Source of the DNA: an uncultured Clostridia bacterium
Lineage (GTDB): Bacteria > Bacillota > Clostridia > Christensenellales > CAG-917
NCBI GenBank assembly: GCA_947589635.1
Contig: CANQCC010000001.1
Span: 1 to 46,911 of the forward strand
Length of the DNA: 46,911 nucleotides
Reading direction: 5' to 3'
Shown here: positions 17,578-25,314 of the stretch, in pieces
Layout: every line of letters starts with the position of its first letter
Position numbering within the stretch: the first letter of the stretch is position 1
Position numbers and translations under genes: made by a program
Notes under the pieces: generated by a model
Database searches by the model: none
What the model was told of the DNA's origin: nothing
What the model saw: the letters and a program-made list of their open reading frames with translations, nothing else

Positions 17578-18774
17578 ATGAACGCTCTTGAAACAATAAA
17601 ACTTTCAAAGTCCTATCGCGGCAAGGTCGTACTTGACGGGGTCAGCATCTGCGTGCGCGAGGGGGAGATATACGGGCTTGTCGGGCGCAACGGCGCGGGC
17701 AAGACCACGCTTATTCGCGCTCTGCTCGGTTTGGCGAAGCCGGACAGCGGAGAGGTAAGGATAAACGGCGTCTCAACACGCGAAGGGTTGGAGTTCGAGC
17801 GGAGGAAGATAGGTTCGCTTATCGACAGCCCTGCCCTTGCCCTGCATCTCAGCGCGCTCGACAATATGAAATCGGCGGCGCTTGCGTTTGGGCACTACGA
17901 CGTAAAAAAACTTCGCGACCTTATCGAGCGCGTGGGGCTTGACCCGAACAATCCGATGAAGGTCAAAAACTACTCCCTCGGCATGAAGCAGCGCCTTGCC
18001 ATAGCCATCGCTCTCATTGGCGATCCAAGCATACTTATCCTTGACGAACCCGTCAACGGGCTGGACCCCGCGGGCATATTTGAAGTGCGCGAGCTTTTGC
18101 AACGCCTCAACCATACCGATCACATCACGATTCTTATATCGTCGCATCTGCTTTCGGAGCTTGGCAAGGTCGCAAACAGCTACGGCGTCATCGAGGGCGG
18201 AAAACTTGTCAAAGAATTGCGCTCGTCAGACCTTGAGGAGCTTTGCCGTCCATACTACAAAGTCGTCGTCGGAGATTTGAAGACCGCGCTTAGAGTGGTC
18301 GTTGAAAACTACGGCGCGCACGAGTTTGAGATACTTCCCTACAACACGCTCGCGCTGTACGACATGAGCAAGGACATCTCTTTTGTCGCGACGATGTTCG
18401 CAAAAGCCAACGTCCCCGTGCTTAACATCTATAAATGTGAGGGCGATCTGGAGTCCACCTTTATCTCGCTTATGGGCGGGCTACACGGCGCGGAGACTGC
18501 GACCGGCAATGACGATACTCCCGTTTTTGAGGAGTTGGCGCCGAATTTTGAAGCTCCGATCGGCAGCAAACTTGACGACGCACCCGAAGCCGCCCGGACG
18601 ACGCCCGCAAGCGGCGACAGCATAGAAACTATGTCAGTAAACGACGATAATAGCGCCGAAACTAAATCCACAGACGGAGATGGCGCACAAACGGCGCCTA
18701 CGGACGGAGACATCAAAGCCGAGGAAACTGAAGGCGATACCGCCGAAAATCCGGGCGAAGGAGGCAATTTATGA
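17578..18774 (+). CDS. ABC transporter ATP-binding protein with a ~97-aa acidic, Thr/Gly-rich C-terminal tail
   Basis: Walker A GRNGAGKTT, signature YSLGMKQRL, Walker B ILILDEP. I prefer ATG 17578 (GAAGAGG RBS), which gives the canonical N-terminus MNALETIKLSKSY. An in-frame ATG at 17458 with a GGGAGG RBS is an alternative start. The ORF-track start at 17380 is unlikely. Confidence 0.85.
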   Translation: MNALETIKLSKSYRGKVVLDGVSICVREGEIYGLVGRNGAGKTTLIRALLGLAKPDSGEVRINGVSTREGLEFERRKIGSLIDSPALALHLSALDNMKSAALAFGHYDVKKLRDLIERVGLDPNNPMKVKNYSLGMKQRLAIAIALIGDPSILILDEPVNGLDPAGIFEVRELLQRLNHTDHITILISSHLLSELGKVANSYGVIEGGKLVKELRSSDLEELCRPYYKVVVGDLKTALRVVVENYGAHEFEILPYNTLALYDMSKDISFVATMFAKANVPVLNIYKCEGDLESTFISLMGGLHGAETATGNDDTPVFEELAPNFEAPIGSKLDDAPEAARTTPASGDSIETMSVNDDNSAETKSTDGDGAQTAPTDGDIKAEETEGDTAENPGEGGNL

Positions 18775-19631
18775 GTAACGATCGTTTTTCAATGTGCCTC
18801 GCTTCCGATCTCTTCAGAGTCAAAAAGCTGAAAAGCGTGTTTGTGGCCCTAATCCTGATGTTCCTCATCCTCTTCCTGACCTTTGCCGTGTGCTGGGTCG
18901 GCTCCAACCTGGTAAGCAAGGTTGAGGTGAGCGAAACTCCCTCCATTGAAGGCGAAACGGCGCCCACTATCACACAAGAAGAAAAGGACGGCCTGCTTGC
19001 CGCCCTCGACAGCGTCATCAACGACAGCCTTATGGGATCGGGCGCGATCTGCCTTATGGAGTTTTTGGTGATGATAATCACTTGCATCTTCGTCGGCAAA
19101 GACTTTTCAAACGGAACTATGCGGATCCTCGTCTCGCGAGGCGCAAACCGCGTGCACCTATTTATCTCCAAATGGCTGACGATGGCCATACTTGTCGTGG
19201 CATACTCGCTGTTCGCTCTGCTTGTCAGCGGAATTTTGTACGCGTTCAAAAACGACGGGAGCTTCACGGGATATGATTTCGGCATTCTGATGCGGTGTTT
19301 TTCTCTGCAGCTCCTCTGCAACCTCGCAAGTATGACGATATCGCTTATGATAGCTTTCCTGTGCCGTTCCTCTGGCTCCGCGCTTGGAGTGTCCATAGGC
19401 CTTTATATCATTCTGTCCGTCGCGCTGTCGATAATCTCCACCGTAGTCTCCCTTTCGGGAGGCAATCAAGATTGGATGATGTTTATGCCCATGCAGCAAA
19501 TGAACGTCGCGGCAAGCGCCGGGTCTTACTCCACCGACCAGCTTTGCGCCGTTATCATAATGCCCATCGTCTATATCGCGATAGCTTTCGCTGTGGGCGT
19601 CTCTACCTTCGTCAAGCGCGATATCAAGTGA
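18771..19631 (+). CDS. ABC-2 type transporter permease
   Basis: 286 aa with multiple hydrophobic helices and a large loop after TM1. The start overlaps the ATPase stop (ATGA) and has a GAAGGAGG RBS. Confidence 0.75.
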   Translation: MSNDRFSMCLASDLFRVKKLKSVFVALILMFLILFLTFAVCWVGSNLVSKVEVSETPSIEGETAPTITQEEKDGLLAALDSVINDSLMGSGAICLMEFLVMIITCIFVGKDFSNGTMRILVSRGANRVHLFISKWLTMAILVVAYSLFALLVSGILYAFKNDGSFTGYDFGILMRCFSLQLLCNLASMTISLMIAFLCRSSGSALGVSIGLYIILSVALSIISTVVSLSGGNQDWMMFMPMQQMNVAASAGSYSTDQLCAVIIMPIVYIAIAFAVGVSTFVKRDIK

Positions 19632-19660
19632 TTTGACTGCATTTGCGCGCTTTTATTTTC

Positions 19661-19703
19661 AATAAAAATATATACAGCGGGTACAAACGCCCGCTGTATA
19701 TAT
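19661..19703. terminator. bidirectional terminator (SRP RNA on minus strand, ABC operon on plus strand)
   Basis: Perfect 14-bp stem ATATATACAGCGGG / CCCGCTGTATATAT with an 8-nt loop. A T-run follows on the minus strand (TTTTATT) and a shorter one on the plus strand. Confidence 0.8.
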
Positions 19704-19705
19704 TT

Positions 19706-19971
19706 GCTGTGAGCCAACTTTGACTCCCTCTACCGAAGCGGAAACAGCGCAGGTAACTCCTTCAAAGTTTCCCCATGGCACACGCCAACGCCTGCTTAGT
19801 GCTGCTGCGGTCAAGCTCTGACACGGTTCACAGTATGACATTGCACGGGACCTTGATATCAACACTCCTTACGCTGTGCGGCCAACCATAGCGAAAGCCG
19901 AGGAAGGTGTTCGATACTGCTATTGCGGATTGCAGTTTACAGGGCACCGCAAGCTCCCCATCTATCACAGC
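19706..19971 (-). ncRNA. ffs: signal recognition particle RNA, long Bacillus-type (with Alu domain), about 266 nt
   Basis: The minus strand reads GCUGUGAUAGAUGGGGAGCUUGCGGUGCCCUGUAAACUGCAAUCCGCAAUAGCAG. This matches the B. subtilis scRNA 5' domain as I recall it (GCGGUGCCCUGUACCUGCAAUCCGCUCUAGCAG). Further on, GAACCGUGUCAG...AGCAGCACUAAGCAGG resembles domain IV. The 5' GCUGUGA pairs with the 3' UCACAGC. Its own promoter and terminator flank it. ORF-track entries 19659-19865 and 19876-20076 are spurious. Confidence 0.85.
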
Positions 19972-19977
19972 ATAGAG

Positions 19978-20006
19978 AGTATAGCATTAAACGAAAGTTT
20001 TTGCAA
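19978..20006 (-). promoter_or_regulatory. promoter of SRP RNA
   Basis: On the minus strand: TTGCAA (20006-20001), 17 nt spacer, TATACT (19983-19978). It lies about 7 nt before the proposed RNA 5' end. Confidence 0.6.
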
Positions 20007-20075
20007 CCTAAATATTTCAAATTTGAAAAGCGGATATTGCGACTTAATGCGGAAATTGTTTATATTCGAAAAATA

Positions 20076-20203
20076 AATCCTATACGGCATAAGCGCTGAG
20101 TATAAAATATGCGAAATTAAAATCCCTACGGTTTAAGGGCTGAGTATAAATATGCAAAACAGAATCCCACTGCGGTTTAATGCCGAATATAAATAAGCGA
20201 AGC
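20076..20203. repeat. degenerate tandem repeat, 3 copies of 42-45 bp
   Basis: The three units are AATCCTATACGGCATAAGCGCTGAGTATAAAATATGCGAAATTA, AATCCCTACGGTTTAAGGGCTGAGTATAAATATGCAAAACAG and AATCCCACTGCGGTTTAATGCCGAATATAAATAAGCGAAGC. A weaker fourth unit may lie at 20031-20075. Confidence 0.65.
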
Positions 20204-20224
20204 TACGCTTCGGCGTAGCTTCGC
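20186..20224 (-). terminator. rho-independent terminator of the oxidoreductase gene
   Basis: Perfect 12-bp stem GCGAAGCTACGC-TTCG-GCGTAGCTTCGC, followed on the minus strand by TTATTTATATT. Confidence 0.8.
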
Positions 20225-20244
20225 CAAATGTCCGCAAAAACGGC

Positions 20245-22344
20245 TTAAAGTTTATGGACCGCCACGTCGTAGGCGGAGGCCGTGGCGGAAGAGATGCGGC
20301 CGATGTGGTCTGCGTCGCCTACTATAAACATACGTTCAAATTTACCTTCGAGGTCTTTTGCGAGTTGATTGACCGGGCGGGCGCCGAGCGAAAGAATGAC
20401 GGCGTCAACATCAACGTGTACGGGAGCGCCCTTCTCGACGCATTTTTTGCCTTTATAGATCACGGGCTGCAGGTTGACGCCGCTCTCGTCGATGGAAACA
20501 AGTTTGCTGCGGGTCATAAATTCCGCCTTGCCCTCAAGCCTTGAAAGCGCGTCGTCCACGTGCTGGAACCAAGTGCCCGGGGCTATGGTCGCCGCCATTT
20601 CGACGACGGTGAGCGAAGAGACTCTGTCCGAGATATATTCGGCGACTTCGAGGCCTGTCATGCCGGAGCCGATAATTGCGACGCGTTTTCCGCTGAGGTC
20701 AACCTCGTCGGTAAGCACCTGCGTCGGAATGTAGACATTTTCTCTGTCCGCGCCCGGAATTTTAAGGGATTTATACGCCTCGCCGCCCGTGGCGATTATG
20801 ACCGCGTATGGATCGTAAGAAGCGATGACATCATAGTCCGCGTTTACGCCAAGCAATATTTTTGCGCCGTATTTTTGCGCGTTGACAGCGATATCCTGCG
20901 CGCACCAAGCGATCTTTTCCTTTTTGGGCGGTTTAGACGCCAGGTTTATCTGCCCGCCGATGACGTTTTCCTTTTCGAGCACGACTACGTTGAAACCTCT
21001 GCGTGCGGCAAATTCCGCGGCGGTAAGTCCCGCGACGCCCGCGCCAACAACTACAACGGTCCTGCCGTCGCCGTCATGCGGAAGGGACAAAAACTCCTTC
21101 TCGCTGCCCACGGTCGGATTGACGGAGCAATAGCCGTGGTCGCCTACGTAGGCGTTCTCCTGCATGCTTTCGATGCAATTTAGGCAGCAGATACAGCGCT
21201 TGATCTCGTTTTCTCTGCCCTCGAGCGCTTTGGTCGCCCAATACGGGTCGGCGATATGCGGTCTGCCGAGGGACACAAAGTCCTGCGTGCCCTCTTCAAG
21301 CTGTCTTTCGGCCTGTTCGGGCGTGCGGATGAGGTTTGCGGCAAGCACCGGGATGGAGACTTCCTTCTTGACCGCGGCGGCGAGATATTTGCGCCATCCG
21401 AGGTCGAAAGAGGTGGGCTCCAGCCAATAGTTGAAGGTGTCGTACGCGGCGGAGGAGACGTCTATCGCGTCCACACCGAAGGACGCGATCGCCTTCGCGT
21501 AGCGCAACCCCTCCTTGAAGTCGTATCCGACGTCGGGTTTGCCTATCTTGTCGTAGAACTCGTCGAGCGTGAGGCGCACGATTATGGGATAGTCCCCGCA
21601 CTTTTCGCGTACCCCGTCGATTATCTCCTTCAAAAAGCGCAGGCGATTTTCAAAACTGCCGCCGTATTCGTCCTTGCGCTGATTGGTGTTCGGCGACAAA
21701 AATTGCTGAATGAGATATCCGTGAGTGCCGTGAAGCTCCACGCCGTCCACTCCCGCCTGCTTGCAGCGGAAGGCTGCGTCCACAAATTGCTCCACCAGCT
21801 TTTTGATTTCGCCGTGGCGTAGCGCGCGCACTCTGCCGCCCGCAAAGTAACTCGGCTCGCAAGCGGAGGGCGCCACCGAAGATTTAGTAAGTTTTTTGTC
21901 TATGAGGACTTTGCCGAGCGACGGAGCGACCTTGAAGAGCAACTTCGGGAAGTTTTTGCATACCCGCGTGCAGGCGATCGCAAAAGGAACTGTGCCCACC
22001 GCAAGCCCTACGTTCTGTCTGCCGGGATGATGCAACTGAACAAACAGCTTTGCGCCGTGACGGTGTATGCGATCCGCAAACTCGCGAAGCCCTTCGATAT
22101 GATAATCGTGGCTTGCGCCAAGCTGCGCAAACGCCGCCGCGCCGTGCTTGTCGTTTACGCGGGTTATCTCCGTGATGATAAGTCCCGTGCCGCCCTTGGC
22201 GCGCTCCTCATAATAGTCCATAAGTTGCTCGGTGACGCGCCCGTCAAGCTGTCCGAAGCCCATAAGCATAGGCGACATGACTATGCGGTTTTTGATTTCG
22301 CAGCCGCCTATCTTCATAGGCGAAAACAACATCTTATATTCCAT
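20245..22344 (-). CDS. NADH:flavin (OYE-like) oxidoreductase fused to an FAD/NAD(P)-binding domain (2,4-dienoyl-CoA reductase / enoate reductase family)
   Basis: 699 aa. It has an N-terminal OYE TIM-barrel (MLFSPMKIGGCEIKNRIVMSPM...), a Cys cluster CICCLNC...C, and two Rossmann motifs, VVVVGAGVAGLTAA and VAIIGSGMTGLEVA. Confidence 0.85.
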   Translation of the reverse strand: MEYKMLFSPMKIGGCEIKNRIVMSPMLMGFGQLDGRVTEQLMDYYEERAKGGTGLIITEITRVNDKHGAAAFAQLGASHDYHIEGLREFADRIHRHGAKLFVQLHHPGRQNVGLAVGTVPFAIACTRVCKNFPKLLFKVAPSLGKVLIDKKLTKSSVAPSACEPSYFAGGRVRALRHGEIKKLVEQFVDAAFRCKQAGVDGVELHGTHGYLIQQFLSPNTNQRKDEYGGSFENRLRFLKEIIDGVREKCGDYPIIVRLTLDEFYDKIGKPDVGYDFKEGLRYAKAIASFGVDAIDVSSAAYDTFNYWLEPTSFDLGWRKYLAAAVKKEVSIPVLAANLIRTPEQAERQLEEGTQDFVSLGRPHIADPYWATKALEGRENEIKRCICCLNCIESMQENAYVGDHGYCSVNPTVGSEKEFLSLPHDGDGRTVVVVGAGVAGLTAAEFAARRGFNVVVLEKENVIGGQINLASKPPKKEKIAWCAQDIAVNAQKYGAKILLGVNADYDVIASYDPYAVIIATGGEAYKSLKIPGADRENVYIPTQVLTDEVDLSGKRVAIIGSGMTGLEVAEYISDRVSSLTVVEMAATIAPGTWFQHVDDALSRLEGKAEFMTRSKLVSIDESGVNLQPVIYKGKKCVEKGAPVHVDVDAVILSLGARPVNQLAKDLEGKFERMFIVGDADHIGRISSATASAYDVAVHKL

Positions 22345-22583
22345 ATTTCCCTCTCGTCGTCAAATCTTTTGTGCAAAATTTATTACGGCACAAAAATATT
22401 ATTTGCCATAAAGATATTTTATCATATTGTTTTGATATATTCAATACCGAATTTCGCGCCCGCGCGCGATGTATGATGTATATTTTGTATGTGTAAAAAA
22501 ATCGGAATTGGTTTTCGCCATATCCAAAACGGCGGAAATATTTCCAAAGCGCCTTGCTGAGCGCAAGCGCCGCCCCGATAGGT

Positions 22584-22611
22584 AAAAAATGCCCGCAAAC
22601 TTTCTGCGGGC
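22584..22611 (-). terminator. rho-independent terminator downstream of folD
   Basis: On the minus strand: GCCCGCA-GAAAGTT-TGCGGGC followed by ATTTTTT. Confidence 0.7.
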
Positions 22612-22693
22612 GAATGACATTAAATCAGAATTTTATATGCCGTCGGGCTTTTGCCGCTGTAATTAGGCATAAGCGCGACGGGTTTTACTTGAT

Positions 22694-23551
22694 TCAATCC
22701 AACTTTATGCCGTTTTGCAAGCAATATGCGGTCAAGGTGTTTTCAATCAGCATCGCCACGGTCATAGGGCCTACGCCACCGGGCACTGGGGTTATATACG
22801 AGCACTTATCCGATACGCCCGCAAAGTCCACGTCGCCGCAGAGCTTGCCGTTTTCGTCGCGATCCATGCCGACGTCGATGACGACGGCGCCTTCTTTGAC
22901 CATATCCGCCGTGACAAACTTGGCTTTGCCTATAGCCACGCACAGAATGTCCGCTCCGCGCGCGACCTCGGCGAGGTTTCTTGTGCGGGAGTGGCATATC
23001 GTGACCGTGCAATTTTTGTTGAGGAGGAGTTGCGCAAGCGGCTTGCCCACAAGATTGGAGCGCCCTATCACGACCGCGCTCTTGCCCGCGAGCGGAATTT
23101 CGTAGTGCTCAAGCAACCTGATGACGCCAAGCGGCGTGCACGCGACAAGGCTGTCCCTGCCCGTCCAAAGTCTGCCCTTTTGCACGACCGTGCAGCCGTC
23201 CACATCCTTTTCGGGAGAAATTAGGTCGATAAGTTTTTCCTCGCTGAGACCGGCAGGAAGAGGAAGTTGCAATATCATGCCCGTTATGTCTGGATCTTCG
23301 TTGAGTGCGCGTATGGCGCTCGCCACGTCGTCAAACGAGCTGTCCTCGGGCAATCTGACAAGGCGGGAGTTCATCCCCACCTCCTCGCAGGCCTTTATTT
23401 TGTTGCGGACGTACACTTCGGAAGCGGGATCGTTGCCGACAAGTATGACTGCAAGCCCTACGTTTGCGCCCTGCGCCTTCAAAGAGGCGAGCCTCTCCTT
23501 TATGTTTGCCCTGATAGCCGCCGCGACGACCTTGCCTTCGATAAGTTGCAT
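22694..23551 (-). CDS. folD: bifunctional methylenetetrahydrofolate dehydrogenase / methenyl-THF cyclohydrolase
   Basis: 285 aa from ATG 23551, preceded by a GGAGAT RBS. Reads MQLIEGKVVAAAIRANIKERL...VGNDPASEVYVRNK...GVGPMTVAML. The ORF-track extension to 23590 is rejected. Confidence 0.95.
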   Translation of the reverse strand: MQLIEGKVVAAAIRANIKERLASLKAQGANVGLAVILVGNDPASEVYVRNKIKACEEVGMNSRLVRLPEDSSFDDVASAIRALNEDPDITGMILQLPLPAGLSEEKLIDLISPEKDVDGCTVVQKGRLWTGRDSLVACTPLGVIRLLEHYEIPLAGKSAVVIGRSNLVGKPLAQLLLNKNCTVTICHSRTRNLAEVARGADILCVAIGKAKFVTADMVKEGAVVIDVGMDRDENGKLCGDVDFAGVSDKCSYITPVPGGVGPMTVAMLIENTLTAYCLQNGIKLD

Positions 23552-23580
23552 AATATCTCCTTGCGTAAATCTATATTGAT

Positions 23581-23609
23581 ATTTTAGCACGGATAAGCTC
23601 GCATTTCAA
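23581..23609 (-). promoter_or_regulatory. putative folD promoter
   Basis: On the minus strand: TTGAAA (23609-23604), 17 nt spacer, TAAAAT (23586-23581). Confidence 0.5.
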
Positions 23610-23696
23610 CCTTATATTTATCTGCCGCGCCCTATATCGAGCGAGCGCCGCATCGGGCGCCCGCTAAGTTTGTGCCATAAAACGCCGTATGCCTTG

Positions 23697-25202
23697 TCAG
23701 ATGGGCATGTTGTGCGTATTTTTCTGAATGACGTCGTGCGCGCCGCCCTCGACTATGCTTGTTGCTGATACAAGGGTCATCTTGGCGCACTTGTGAAGTT
23801 GTTCTATCGTAGTAGCGCCGCAATTGCACATAGTGGATTTGACCTTGTACAGGCTCTTTTCGACGTTGTCCTTTAGCGCGCCCGCATACGGCACGTAGCT
23901 GTCCACGCCTTCTTCAAACCCGAGGCGGCGTTTCCCGCCCAGGTCATAGCGCTGCCAGTTGCGCGCGCGGTTGCTGCCCTCGCCCCAATACTCCTTGACA
24001 TAGTTGCCGTTGATATTCAGCTTTTCGGTGGGGCTTTCGTCGAAGCGGGCGAAGTATCTGCCCAGCATCAGAAAGTCCGCGCCCATGGCGAGCGCAAGCG
24101 TCATGTGGTAGTCGTGGACTATGCCGCCGTCAGAGCAGATTGGGATGTATATGCCCGTCTTTTTGAAATATTCGTCCCTCGCTTTTGCGACCTCTATGAC
24201 CGCTGTGGCCTGCCCTCTGCCTATGCCTTTAGTCTCGCGCGTGATGCAGATGGAGCCTCCGCCGATGCCCACTTTGATAAAATCCGCGCCGCATTCGGCA
24301 AGAAATTCGAAGCCTTCCTTGTCCACGACGTTTCCCGCGCCAACCTTAACTTTATCGCCGTATTTTGAACGGATAAAGTCCAGAGTGCGCTTTTGCCACA
24401 CCGTATAGCCCTCGCTTGAATCTATGCAAAGCACGTCCGCTCCCGCATCAACAAGCGCGGGCACGCGGGTCTCGTAATCGAGGGTGTTTATTCCTGCGCC
24501 GACCATATACCTCTTGTGCTCGTCGAGGAGTTCGTTGGGATGCGCCTTGTGCGCGTCATAGTCCTTACGGAATATCAGGTACATAAGCCTGCCGTCTTTG
24601 TCCACAATGGGCAGCGAGTTGAGTTTATGGTCCCAGATGATGTCGTTCGCTTCCGCAAGCGTGGTGTTTTCGGGCGCGGTGATAAGCCTTTCGCGCGGGG
24701 TCATAAACTCGCGCACTTTGAGGTCGCCGCTCATTCTGCTGACGCGGTAGTCGCGGCTTGTGACTATACCCATCAAAATTCCGTTCGCGGTGCCGTCGTG
24801 AGTGACCGCCACCGTATTATGTCCTTTCTTCGCCACAAGGTCGATGACGTCCGCAAGAGTGCTGTCCGGCGTCACGTTGCTGTCCGAGACGACAAAGCCC
24901 GCCTTATGGTTTTTGACTTTGCGAACCATTTCCGCCTCGCTTTCCACGCTTTGAGAGCCGTAGATGAAGCTGATGCCGCCCTCTTTGGCAAGCGCTATGG
25001 CAAGCGTGTCGTTTGAGACGGATTGCATTATCGCGCTTACAAGCGGAATGTTGAGAGATATCGCCGGCTGCTCGCCTTTGGCGAACTTTGTGAGCGGAGT
25101 TTTTAAGCAAACGTTAGCGGGGACGCAGTTTTCGTCCGTGTAGCCCGGAATTAGCAGATATTCGCTGAATGTCCTTGACGGCTCGTCAAAATACTTTGCC
25201 AT
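23697..25202 (-). CDS. guaB: IMP dehydrogenase family protein (with CBS pair)
   Basis: 501 aa. Catalytic-loop-like [24 protein letters not shown], a CBS-domain insert, and N-terminus ...[13 protein letters not shown], typical of the IMPDH/GMPR fold. Confidence 0.8.
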   Translation of the reverse strand: MAKYFDEPSRTFSEYLLIPGYTDENCVPANVCLKTPLTKFAKGEQPAISLNIPLVSAIMQSVSNDTLAIALAKEGGISFIYGSQSVESEAEMVRKVKNHKAGFVVSDSNVTPDSTLADVIDLVAKKGHNTVAVTHDGTANGILMGIVTSRDYRVSRMSGDLKVREFMTPRERLITAPENTTLAEANDIIWDHKLNSLPIVDKDGRLMYLIFRKDYDAHKAHPNELLDEHKRYMVGAGINTLDYETRVPALVDAGADVLCIDSSEGYTVWQKRTLDFIRSKYGDKVKVGAGNVVDKEGFEFLAECGADFIKVGIGGGSICITRETKGIGRGQATAVIEVAKARDEYFKKTGIYIPICSDGGIVHDYHMTLALAMGADFLMLGRYFARFDESPTEKLNINGNYVKEYWGEGSNRARNWQRYDLGGKRRLGFEEGVDSYVPYAGALKDNVEKSLYKVKSTMCNCGATTIEQLHKCAKMTLVSATSIVEGGAHDVIQKNTHNMPI

Positions 25203-25231
25203 GGAGGCCTCCCGATATATAAATTTTATCT

Positions 25232-25261
25232 ATGATACATTTTTTATATGGGCGCTGTCAA
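25232..25261 (-). promoter_or_regulatory. putative guaB promoter
   Basis: On the minus strand: TTGACA (25261-25256), 18 nt spacer, TATCAT (25237-25232), with TG upstream. Confidence 0.5.
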
Positions 25262-25314
25262 CCGCTTAAGGCATTTTGATTTTTTTTGTCAAAAGCGGCG
25301 CGCGCTTTTAAGTT

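Noticed and set aside
19659-20076. Two ORFs (68 and 66 aa) from the ORF track
   Set aside because: They overlap the SRP RNA and its promoter. There is no RBS and the protein sequences are implausible.
20076-20203. Possible CRISPR array
   Set aside because: The repeats are contiguous and degenerate, with no unique spacers of regular length. There are only 3 units and no cas genes in the window.
23640-23665. GC-rich 10-bp hairpin after guaB as a terminator
   Set aside because: There is no T-tract on either strand. A folD promoter follows, so termination here is possible but not supported by the canonical signal.
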